DNA from: Octopus sinensis
Taxonomy: Eukaryota
Length of the DNA: 64,000 nucleotides
Reading direction: 5' to 3'
Assembly: GCF_006345805.1 (NCBI RefSeq)
Contig: NC_042999.1
Span: 112,840,001-112,904,000 of the forward strand
Position 1 is the stretch's first letter, and every line of letters begins with the position of its first letter. A program made the position numbers and the translations under genes. Of this stretch, positions 48,365 to 59,764 are shown piece by piece. The notes below the pieces were generated by a model. The model was not told where the DNA came from. It saw nothing but the letters and a program-made list of their open reading frames with translations, and searched no databases.

Positions 48365-48877
48365 TCTATATATATAAAACTGTAGTTGTGTGAGTGTCTG
48401 TCCCCTTCGATTTAGATTCCTAACTACTCCCACATTTTGTGGTGCAGTTTAACCAAATTCGGGTATCTTATAGTCGTGATTCATATCGAGCCCGTCTGAG
48501 TATTAGCGCGCGTCTACGATGAGTCTACGATTTCAAAAATAATTTAACATAATTTTTTATTCCATTTTAATGCATAATTTTTCGTGTGTCGATGGCGGTG
48601 GAGTTGGCGTCCATGGTCACACCTGCACCTGTTTGCTTCTCCCCCTTCTTCCCTCCCTCGTGAAGCTGTGGGGAAGGGAGTGTAAGGAAATCAACGTCGT
48701 AAAGCGTTGTCAAGGAGACCAGCGTTCTTTTAGAACAACGACTTCATGGCTTGAAGACACCAAAACAGAAATGGCTAAGAAAGCCCGAATTGGCATCTAT
48801 AAGGGAAGTAACTCTCTAAAAATGCTTATATAGTTATTTCCCTTACAAACCCGAGCAACGCCGGGCGATACTGCTAG
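48365..48877 (+). mobile_element. Non-autonomous Helitron
   Basis: A|TCTATATATATAAAA 5' end. 3' end cccgagcaacgccgggcgatactgCTAG|T. No TSD, inserted between A and T. Confidence 0.9.
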
Positions 48878-49870
48878 TAATATATAAATATATGCATATA
48901 TACATACATATACGTACATACCTACATATATATGTATATTATACATGCATATATGTGTACAGGACATCAAGAAAACGAGGAACACAATGAGAAACGAAAA
49001 CATAGAAACGAACTTTTTTCAAACAACGAAAAAAACAGAGTACAAGACATACAATACAAGGAGTATTCCCCTTCTTCAGCTGTCACTGTTTTATCTACTC
49101 CACGTTTCGAAAATTTTTTTTTCTACACAAACCCCCGTTTTCTGCGGGAAATTGGTTGAGGACGGGAGGAAGTCTTTCCTATATAACCCCAACGAGTCTA
49201 GTTCGCCACTAGGGATCTTCCAGGTTATAGACATTTCAATTAACTTACGCCGTTCATTTCTTCGAAATAAGCAAGGGTATTGTACGATCTTTTATTCATT
49301 ACCTCTCAGGTCTTGTGTCTGTCTCATAAATGGGAGAAACCGTTATATGGTTGATAGTACTGGTAGAAATAGCGGCAAAATCTCTCAAAAATCCTACTGT
49401 ATAAAGAATACATTGGATAATGTACCCTAAGCCAATGAAGGAACTACTTCGTGGTCGTTCGACTTGCTAGAAGTAGCGGGCAGATGCCCATTCAAACCAC
49501 ACTACCTTCACAAATATTAGATAACGTAGCTTGAGATAAGCTTTGTCCGAGAAGATGGGATGATCAAAGACAGATCGTATTTGATCACAAGGTCTGTCGA
49601 ATGAGAGCTGACCTGAAGCTAAAGAACGACAAGGTGGTACCAGTTAGCTATCAAATCACGATTGAAGTTGAACAAAAACAGATAGAAGTGTTGCACGTTT
49701 TCGTAATTTTGTTTCTTGCAAAGCTAACTTGAGAATGAAAGCTATTAAAAAAATAGTAACCCTTAAGTATTTATCTTAGCAGTTTTATGAATGTATATGA
49801 TTAATGTTTTCATATGATTGAGTCTGTGTGTGTGTATGTATGTATAAACATGTATATGTATGTATGTATC

Positions 49871-49912
<42 letters not shown>

Positions 49913-50087
49913 TACACACACACATACATGTATATAACGCATTGTCTGTGTGTACACGCGCGTTTGAAAATACGAAACTAATGAAGGAATTCCCACACTT
50001 AAGACTCGGGGAATTGTCGTCTGTGCGGAAAGAATCCCTGTAATGCTTGAAATATGGGACTAATTTGACGTGTTGTTGGAGTCAACA

Positions 50088-50182
50088 ATGCCTGGTTTAG
50101 TGTTGTTTAATCGTCGATGGCATATTAGTGGAGATGATTTAGTATTTCCAGGGCTGTTGGAAATTTTTACGCGGCTCGCATG
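50088..50182 (+). CDS. DAGLB: Diacylglycerol lipase beta, coding exon 1
   Basis: [31 protein letters not shown](W) matches the recalled DAGLB N-terminus [32 protein letters not shown]. It is 95 nt long and ends TG|GTAAAT (phase 2). Confidence 0.93.
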
Positions 50183-51257
50183 GTAAATTTCTTTTATCTT
50201 TTCCTTAAAATACAATTTGTGCATTAATATGCGTATCTATCTATCTATCTATCTTTATATGTAGGTATGTAGTTATGTATGTACTGCTTTGTTTATAATT
50301 ACATAGGAATATGAAAACATTATACATAACCAATTTCTATCAGACGTCATCAAACTCGAAAAACAAGACACGTACAGGTATTTCAGAAGAATACCTGTCT
50401 TTTTATTCCTTCATCCAAAAAAGGAGGAATGAAAAATGGGCTGTGAAATTTCTTTAAAATCTCTTTCTCTCTCAATATTTTTGAACCCCAAACTATAAAT
50501 CTTATCCCAAATCATATGTATTTTATTTATCTATTTTTAAAATGAAAAATGCGTTCTTATTCATTAAAAAAGGGAACGTTTTAATTATTTAAACAGTATC
50601 CAAGTATTCCAGTAGAATAATTTAATTATCCTAAAAAAGAATAAATTAAGGAATGTTTCTAATGAGTGTGTGTGTACACGGAAGCTAATAATGTCATTTA
50701 CTTTCGATATATATATGAGAGAGAGAGAGGGGCGGGGATGAAGAGAAATGGAGATGGTAGAACTCTATTTCAGTTTGTCCCACTGAAAATACTTTTTGAA
50801 ATGTTTTAAAATTACGTGAAATAACCTATAAAGTATACAAGTAGAACAGAAACAAAACTGAAACACTTTAAAATGTCACTTTAAATTGAGTTGATAATAG
50901 CAAGAAATGACTGAATGCTTTTAACAGTTTCTAAAATTTAGTTTCCTTGTTTTTCTAGTTCAAACCCTGCATTGCTGAGTTAGTTTTTATTTCCCTCTTG
51001 AGTCAATGAAATAGTATTAGTACTGCACAGCAGTAAATTCAGCTAGCTGTTTTTTGAGCAGCATGGGAGCCTCTTATTGATTGTTTTATCTTCTAGAAAT
51101 AACAGCAAAATCTCCTTCGTGTAAGTACCTGATCATGGGAAGGGAGGGCACATTAGATAATGTAAGCATTGGCACACTATGCTTTGGGGGAAAAAGGACA
51201 TGTTGGTTACATCTGGAATGCCTTTTGACTCAATTGCTTGACTTGTTTAAAATCATC

Positions 51258-51710
51258 ATCATCATCGTTTAACGTCCGCTTTCCATGCTAGCATGGGTTG
51301 GACGATTTTGACTGAGGGCTGGCGAACCAGATGGCTGCACCAGGCACCAATCTTGATTTGGCAGAATTTCTACAGCTGGATGCCCTTCTTAACACCAACC
51401 ACTCAGAGAGTGAGGTGGGTGCTTTTTGCCAGTCAGGCGGTACTGGCAACGACCTCGCTTGAATCCTTTTACACATGCCACCAGCACAGGTGCCAGTAGG
51501 GCGACTTTGGTAATGATCACGCTCGAATGGTGCCCTTTTACGTGCCACTGGCACGGAAGCCAGTTGGCTGCTCTGGCAACGATCACGCTCAGATGGTGCT
51601 CTTGGCACCCTTCTAGCACGGGCACAAGTGCCAGTAGGGCGATGCTGGTAACGATCATGCTCGAATGGTGCCCTTTAAGTGCCACTGGCACGGAAGCCGA
51701 GACTAAAATC
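51258..51710 (-). mobile_element. RTE 3'-UTR fragment with internal about 138-bp duplication, in DAGLB intron 1
   Basis: (cat)n-cgtttaacgtccgctttccatgctagcatggg tail. The sequence gtgccagtagggcga recurs at 51490 and 51628. Confidence 0.85.
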
Positions 51711-53221
51711 TTTGAACTCTTGTCCTTAAATAGAGAAGGTTACATGAGATAATGTGATCTATGTTATACAGAAAGGAAGGATGATCATAACTTGAGCTTT
51801 CACCATTGGTCTGCTCACTCAGAGAGAACTTAGAACCAAAAAAAGAAAAAAAAAGTAAAGAAAAGTCTACCTCTTGGTTTGTGCCTAGTCAAATAAATAG
51901 GGCAATATTTTCTTTTGATTTAATGCAAGGGTTTTCCTCCCATCATAATGAGAGGGTGTATAGTTAAGTGAATTGATTCTAGTATATTACAGAAATTTAT
52001 ATTATTCATCCTGGGCTAAAAGGTTAAGTTAACAACAGTGGAATTTGAACCCAGAAACTTTTTAAAAGATTCCCACATTCTTGCCTTGATATATAATAAT
52101 GCATTTCTAAAAGCCTAAAAAGTAATCATTTTGTAGAATAGGTTGAATGATGGTCTGAGTGTCTTAAAGTATTTAATTACTTTTAGTGTTCAGTATTCTA
52201 GGATTGCTGTGTTTCCTTTATCCTCTAAAACATTCCAGCTATGACAATCCCATTTTTTAGGTGTGTCTAGGATTAAATTATGTAAAGTGTTCTCTCTTTT
52301 TTTCAAAATGACATGATTTCATTCAAGGGAGTCTTGATTGGTGTTTCTAGCAAGTTAACTACTTAAAGTCTTGGTCATTGGCTCATTCTTCCAGGGTTGA
52401 TAAAATAAGTTCTGGTCATATATGTAACAGACTGATTCAAGCAAGTATATTCCATTCCATGCAACTAATATCCTTAACAGTGTTAATTTGTATTCTATCA
52501 ATTTCTTACATATGTTTAAGGGCTTAAATTCATAAGGTAGAAAAGATGATATAGTGTGACTGTTTATTCTTAAAAGCATTAGTAATTATTTAGTGTAAGG
52601 TGGAAATGAAGTTCCCTATACATTTGCATGGTCTTTAAGTCAATCTGGGTAATATTCTACAATAGCTTTTCAATCTGGGTAATATTCTACAATGCTTCAG
52701 ATGGGTATAGGTCTGAAAATGAATAATTAGGTCGTGTTTTATATATGACTCTTCGCAGGTATGCAAGGATAAGAGGAAAAACTAGTATATGGGCTTGGAC
52801 AGGAATGGTATACAAATTGGTGATTGGAGCAGGAACCCTTGTAGTAGATGAAACTGAGGGCAATTACAGTGAATTTATAGACTAGTGGTTGTAGTGTGTT
52901 GGTAAATGAAAATTGACTATCAGTCAGTCAGCCATTTTTTGGATGTGGTTTAAATTGTCGGTGTGAGTAACAGTTGCATTCTCCCTGAGTTGAGAGCAAT
53001 ATTGTAACATGAGGTGCATTTGTACTTTTTAGAAAGTGAACAATTGTTCATGCTTGAAATACTTTTTGGGCTGCCATGAAAGCTCAAGATTTTAAGGTTT
53101 AGCATTTGTAGTAATGACTAGGAATAGAACCTTGGTTGCTAAGTAGTTTTCACAGATTATCTTTTACTCTTTCTTGTGTAATTTCAACACTGTACTGGGA
53201 GCCTTTATATGGACTCTAGAT

Positions 53222-53605
53222 CAGTGCTACTCAAACTGGTGGCCCACTGACTGTGGCCAGTCTGTGAGCCATCAGCTGCCGATATGCAGTGAGTTTCCAG
53301 AAAAGAAACATTCTAAAATGCTTACGTGACATTAACTGGTGGCCCGCTGACTGTGGCCAGTCTGTGAGCCATCAGCTGCCGATATGCAGTGAGTTTCCAG
53401 AAAAGAAACATTATAAAATGCTTACATGACATTGTACTATTTGTTTACAAAATATATATAAGATAAAAAAATTGTCAACTTTTATTATATTCATTGTATA
53501 TATTGTTTCCAGTTTAAATTAATATTACTAGGAAATATTACTGGTCCCTGGTACACTGGAAAAAAAACTGCTGGTACACCATATCAGATACTTTGGGAAG
53601 CACTG
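53222..53605. mobile_element. Buster-type hAT MITE with 100-bp internal tandem duplication
   Basis: TIRs CAGTGCTACTCAAA / TTTGGGAAGCACTG and flanks ctctagat / ctctggac (6 of 8 match). The sequence aactggtggccc occurs at 53234 and 53334. Confidence 0.85.
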
Positions 53606-53767
53606 CTCTGGACAAGCTAGAAATAGTTGCTTCAAATTATACACTCCCATCCTGCAAAGGAGTTACATAGTTGATATCGTTCTTGATGTTCAATGCTCGA
53701 GAGAAGGATGGATGATCATAGTTGGAATGCTTTTAGTCACAGGTCTTCTCAGTCGGTGTTTCTTTTC

Positions 53768-54056
53768 AAGGCCTGAAATTTTTGAGGAGGGGGCCAGTCA
53801 ATTAGAATGAGCAAGGCCTGAAAGTTTTGGGGATGGGGCCAGTCGATTAGATCAACCAAGGCCTGAAATTTTTGGGGAGTGGGGGGCCAGTTGATTAGAT
53901 TGACCCCAGTATGCAGCTGGTACTTAATTTATCGACCCTGAAAGGATGAAAGGCAAAGTTGACATCGGTGGAGTTTGAACTCAGAACGTAAAGACAGATG
54001 AAATACCGTGAAGCATTTCACCCAGTGTGCTAATGTTTCTGCCAATTTGCCGCCTT
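53768..54056 (-). mobile_element. tRNA-derived SINE, third family (Nin/Deu-like central domain), with 3 tandem about 45-bp tail units
   Basis: The minus strand has GAGTTCAAACTCC (B-box-like) and ctttcatcctttcagggtcgataaattaagtaccag. The unit aaggcctgaaa..ggggccagt occurs three times. Relatives lie at about 9290-9370, 25680-25830 and 36040-36450. Confidence 0.75.
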
Positions 54057-54090
54057 CTCAGTTGATGTGGTGTTAAATAACAACAATACA

Positions 54091-55004
54091 TCTATATATA
54101 TAAAACTGTAGTTGTGTGAGTGTCTGTCTCCTACGGTTTAGATTCCTAACTACTCCCACATTTTGCGGTGCAGTTTAACCAAATTCGGGTATCTTATAGT
54201 CGTGATTCATATCAAGCCCGTCTGGGTATTAGCACGCGTCTACGATGAGTCTACAATTTAAAAAATAATTTAAGATAATTTTTTATTCCATTTTAATGCA
54301 TATTTTTTTGTGTGTCGATGGCGGCGGAGTTGGCGTCCACGCTCACACCTGCACATGTGTTGCTTCTCCCACTTCTTCCCTCCCTCGTGAAGCTGTGGGG
54401 AAGGGAGTGTAAGGAAATCAACGTCGTAATGCGTTGTCAAGGAGACCAGCGTTCTTTTAGAACAACGACTTCATGGCTTGAAGTCGCCAAAACAGAAATC
54501 GCTAAAAAAGCTGAAACGGATCCACAAAAACGGCAAAAACCGCCACACAGGGCAGGTTTCCTGTGCAAACAATTTGCACAACCGAATGTTTTAGTTGTTG
54601 CACAAATCTTTATATATAAAAGTAAGGTTGTGTGTCTGTCTCCTATGATTTAGATTCCTAACTACTCCCACATTTTGCGGTGCAGTGTAACCAAAACCGG
54701 GTATCTTATAGTCGTGATTCATATCGAGCCCTTCTGGGTATTAGCGCGCGTCTGCGATGAGTCTACGATTTAAAAAAAAATTTACCATCATTTTTTATTC
54801 CATTTTAATGCATTTTTCGCTATTATATAAAGGAAGTAACTCTCTAAAAATGTCTACGATGAGTCAACGATTTAAAAAAAAATTACCATCATTTTTTATT
54901 CCATTTTTAATGCATTTTTTGCTATTTTTTTGCTATAACTCACTAAAAATGCTTATATAGTTATTTCCCTTACAAACCTGAGCAACTCCGGGCGATACTG
55001 CTAG
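54091..55004 (+). mobile_element. Composite non-autonomous Helitron (two 5' heads, one 3' end), same family as 48365-48877
   Basis: A|TCTATATATATAAAA at 54091 and a second head A|TCTTTATATATAAAA at 54607. It ends cctgagcaactccgggcgatactgCTAG|T at 55001-55005. Confidence 0.88.
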
Positions 55005-56242
55005 TTTGATATGAAATAGTAGTTTGATATATTTTATTTCAACTCATGGTTTATTATTTCAGTTGGTTCTAAATAATGCATTTCTAACCTATTTATTCTA
55101 GCTAACATTCTAGTTCAGCTATGCTATTTATTTAAAAAATTTTTTTATCAAGATAAAATTGAAGTGGTTGTTTTAAGTTTGTGTAGTTGTGCAACAGGAT
55201 ATAAACAACAGTAGTTTCTAGTATTTACTTTAATCTTTTTTTTTTTTACTGAGAATTAAAGCTTATTGCTGAAAAACAACAATGGATATTGAAAGTATTT
55301 ATTCTTATGCTTAAATAAAAAAAAAAAAAAAAATTTAGATTGTGATTTTGATGGAATTTTTATTTGGATATAGCGATACATGTAATTGGCTTAATTTAAA
55401 ATATTTAGGCTCAAGACATTTAGCTTCATTTACAATTCTGTACTTTAATGACAAGAACTTGTAAAGTTGCAGCAATAGAATTTGTAGTATTGGTTGTTAA
55501 ACTACATTTGTAATGTGATGACTATTAGTAAAATCAAATATCTCTTATTAAAAGAAGTTGTGTACAGGCACTATGTGAAAGCAATTGTATTTAATATTGA
55601 GTACTAGGCACAGAAAAATATAAATTGCTTCCAAAAATACTGTTTCCATTTCAAATTTATTCCTCTCTTTGCTGAGGAAGGGAATAAATTTGGAATAAAA
55701 ATAAATTATATCATGAATATGGCATTATTTCATAAAGAAAAACTTTTGTAAAAATACTATTTAAGTTTTTAAGATTTAAGAATTTGGTTTCAGCATCTCT
55801 TACTTTTTGGTATCTCTGGTTCATACTGATGGTGATAACATTATTGTTCTCTACTTAGACTATCAAATCCAGTTGATGAAATAAAGATTCCAGAAGCAGT
55901 GTCTCTAGTTAAGGAATACCACTTGAAGATGATTGGAGAGAATACTGTATAAAGATTACCAACAATATTTCCATAATTGGTAAAAATAGTCCTAAAAACT
56001 GATGTCACTACAAACCCATCTCAGACTAAAAGAATAGAGACTATTGAAGTGTATCTAATTGTTCAGCCTACCTGTTTTATTACACACAGTAAACTTTTGT
56101 TATTAGCCAGTTTTAGGTAGCAGTTGGTCACAGGAAAGAGCTCATAGCAAATTATGACTGATTTTATTGTACCTTTTTGATAATTTGTGCATTTCTGTGA
56201 AAAGTAAAACTGATCACTTTTATTTTTACTTTTGTTGTTTAG

Positions 56243-56490
56243 GTTAATTGCTATAATTGTGGTTTTTAATCACCACAAAGAAGCTTTCAGTTGCAATGAT
56301 GGCCATTTGTTATGGACTTATTACATTGGAGTTATCACTCTTCTTTCAATCAGCATTGTTCTGACAATTGGTATAATCAGTATAAGCATGAAAGGGAGCA
56401 TTACCAACACATTTCCTCGAAGAAAGCTACCATATTTTCTCTACTTAAAAGTTCTCCTTGGAATGCCTGAACTTATCTGGAATGTACTTG
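56243..56490 (+). CDS. DAGLB: Diacylglycerol lipase beta, coding exon 2
   Basis: Acceptor ttttgttgtttAG|G completes the TG|G Trp codon from exon 1. The exon encodes LIAIIVVFNHHKEAFSCNDGHLLWTYY...ISMKGSITNTFPRRKLPYFLYLKVLLGMPELIWNVL, aligning to DAGLB CAGGALL...VSMRGTICNPGPR...LYIRLALFFPEMVWASLG. Donor G|GTAAAT (phase 1). Confidence 0.93.
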
Positions 56491-56552
56491 GTAAATATTT
56501 AATTTGTTTTATTGGATTAATTGAATAAATTGTGTGTATATAAATGCATATC

Positions 56553-56880
56553 ATTATCATCATTGCTTTTAATGTCCACCTAAAAGTGAGGCCCAGTGTC
56601 TGACGATCCTTTCTCACTTCTGGGACGAAGTAGTGAGAAAGGATCTTCAGATACTGAGCCTCACTGAGGAGATCACAAGGGATCAAGGCCTCTGGTGATT
56701 TGTTGTAATTGAGATGACATGTCAAGCAATTAAAATCGTAGCCATCCATACATACAGGCATGTCCTTTGTGGCCATGCCTCCACTCCTCCCAAATGAGAG
56801 GTCTTTGTCTTGCAGGTGCTGGTGCTACATGAAGTGCATTTGTGTTAGTGTCACATAAAATGCACTTGTGCTTACTGGCA
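56553..56880. mobile_element. Rearranged RTE fragment with a 34-bp inverted duplication
   Basis: The + strand tgggacgaagtagtgagaaaggatcttcag (WDEVVRKDLQ) matches the LINE ORF end. Segment 56585-56618 is the reverse complement of 56632-56665 with 3 mismatches. Confidence 0.7.
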
Positions 56881-59764
56881 CTCTATTGGTTATGACGATG
56901 AGTGCTCTAGTTGATCTGATCAATAGAACAACTTACTCGTGAAATTAACATGCAAGTGGCTGAGCATTCCTCACACACAAATAACCTTCATTTAGTTCTC
57001 AAGGAGATTCAACGTGACACAGAATGTGACAATGTTGGCCCTTTGAACTATAGGTACAACTCATTTTTGCCAGCTGAGTGAATTGGTGCAACATGAAATA
57101 AAGTGTCAATGAATCGACCCTAGTACTTATTTATCTAAGCTTGGTATTTATGCTATTGGTCTCTTTTGCCAAACTTCTAACTTATGGGGATATAAACACA
57201 CCAACATCAGTTGTCAAGCAGTGGTAGGACACAAGCACAAAGACACATGCAAAGATATATATATATATATATATGATAATGATATCATCATTGTGAAGAT
57301 AATGATGATTACACATATACACATACACACACATACATACATATATATATATGATAGACTTCTTTCAGCTTCCATCTACCACTCACAAGGCTTTGTTCAG
57401 TTTGTAGCTATCGAAGACACTTGCCCAAGGTGCTGCACAGTGGGACTGAACCTGGAACCACGTGGTTGGGAAGCAAGCTTCTTACGATAGAGCCAATCCT
57501 GCACCTATGCATACACATATATATATATGCTGGACTTGGTTTCTGTCTACCAAATCCACTCACAAGGTTTTGGTTGGCTTGGGACTATAGCAAAGAATAT
57601 TTGCCCACAATAATTACCATTCAGTGAGACTGATCCTGAAACCACATAATTAAGAAGTGAACTTATTAACAATGTGGCAACCATTCTTGTACCTATCAGT
57701 CATGCCTGTGCTTGTTGGCCTTGCCTGGGATTGTTGTGTATGCTTGGGATTGTTGGCCATGCTTGAACTTTGCACTGTATATATATATGTGTGTGTGTGT
57801 GTGTTTTTACTTTCTTCTACTGTACTTGAAGCTTAATGTCAGCTCTGATCAAGCAGACCTATGGAAAAGAGCATTCTAGCTGTGATCATCCTGTTTTTGT
57901 TTTTCTTTCAGCCACAGTATATTGAGGACTATTTTATACAATGCGCCTTTCCATTTCTTAATGCAATATAGTATGATTTAAAGTGGGTTTGGTTGCTGTT
58001 GCTGGCAGATTGAGCAACCACATAGACACTCTCTTGATTTGTTTGTTTTATGAGTTAAACAGAAGATAGGCAGTCCTCATAATCTTTGCAGATGACATTC
58101 AGATTGAATGTTTGTAGGAAAAATATGGATTTCAGGAAACTCTAGTTGATTGCAATTGTGGGGAAGGAGGACAGGAAAAAATATTTAGTGCAGGGCCTGC
58201 AAGGTGTGAGTGATGGGGGAGAGAAAAGAGACGAGATTCTAGATGGGGAAACGCAGCTAACAAGTTCAGGATTGTAGAGGTACTGCAATCATTGAGCCAG
58301 TGGTTGCAGTATGTTGATAAGTGAATCCTTGCCAATTAGCCAAATAGCATTCTTTGATATCTGGTTTAGGATGTATGTGTATGTCTGTGTCCTTTTAAAA
58401 TAGGATTGAAGAAAGGGGTTGAGTTTAGTGAGTTTAGTGAAACTGAATTTCAGATCTAGCTTTAAAATATATTGTTTAAAGATGATGGATAATTTGGCAT
58501 TAGGACTGGTTGGAACAATTAGAGGATTTTTTGTTCATGGCAGCTGCAAATGTAGTGCTAATAGAGACATCTTGGTTGACAAGTAATGTGTATTCTGTCA
58601 ATTTGGAGACACTCTTGGCAAGTGATCAGATATTATCGCTTCCATTTGATTGGCAAGAAAGCTTGAAGGCATTCTTTATTTTTTTGATGAGGCATTGTGG
58701 TAGTGAATAATTAGCCTCCCTCACCCTGTCGTCATCATTGCTGTCATCATCATCATTTTGCACTCACTATTTCTGATGGCAAGAATTGGATGGATCATCA
58801 TGTCCAAGTTAATCTTTATTCAGAGTTACTGGCTTCTGATGGTAAAAAAGGATGACTGATGTCAATGATGATTGACTTGTGGGAAAGGGAGTGATGGTTA
58901 GCTTTACAGAAAGGTGATGGTAAGGATGTATCAGCTATGGAGAGATCTGATACAATCCATTATTATGCAGGCATCATGACGTGAGATAGAGATAGTGGTA
59001 GGGAATGATCCGATGCCATCCCTTGCTATACAAGAGGTGTGGTATAGTGTCTTGGAGAGAGACTATGTGATAAGGAGATAAGAGAGTATTAAATAACAAG
59101 CAGATGAAGACTTAAGAGCATATTGTGTGAGAGACTGAAATGTAAATATATTTTAGATATATATGAAATGTAAATGTATTATAGATCACAGCCTGCATCA
59201 CTATCACCATTTTAACATTTGTTTCGCCATGCTTGCATGTGAGGGCAAGTACTAGAGTACTATGAGTTGCAAGTCTTTGCAGTCATTTGTCATGTCCTTT
59301 GTATCTTTTACTTGTTTCAGTCATTTGACTGTGGCCATGCTGGGGCACCACCTTGAGCAGTTTCAGTCAAACAAATCAACCCCCAGCCCTTTTTTTAAAG
59401 CTTGGTACTTATTCTATCGGTCACTTTTGCTGAACTGTTAAATTATGGGGATGTAAACACACTAATACTTATTATCAAGTAGTGATCGAAGACAAATACA
59501 GGCACAAAGTAATACATACACATTCTTTTATTCTTTTATTTGTTTCAGTCATTTGACTGTGGCCATACTAGGGCACTGCCTTTAGTCGAACAAACTGACC
59601 CCAGTCCTGGGGTCAATTGTATATGTGTGGGCATACTCATAGCTGAGAAATGTGTGGATAAGGTCATAGACAAGTGACTGAACCTGTGGACTTCTTTGCC
59701 ACCTCACTCTAAGACCCTTTGATTCTAGACCTTGTTTCCACACCTAAAATATATATATATATAA

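Noticed and set aside
49060-49115. Permuted (type II-like) hammerhead on the minus strand: CGAAACGT...CTGAAGA
   Set aside because: Both core words are present but I cannot form stem I or a valid NUH site. It could still be a Penelope-related relic worth a consensus check.
56232-56528. 98-aa standalone membrane protein
   Set aside because: It is DAGLB exon 2 read through its splice sites; the TTG start lies in the polypyrimidine tract.
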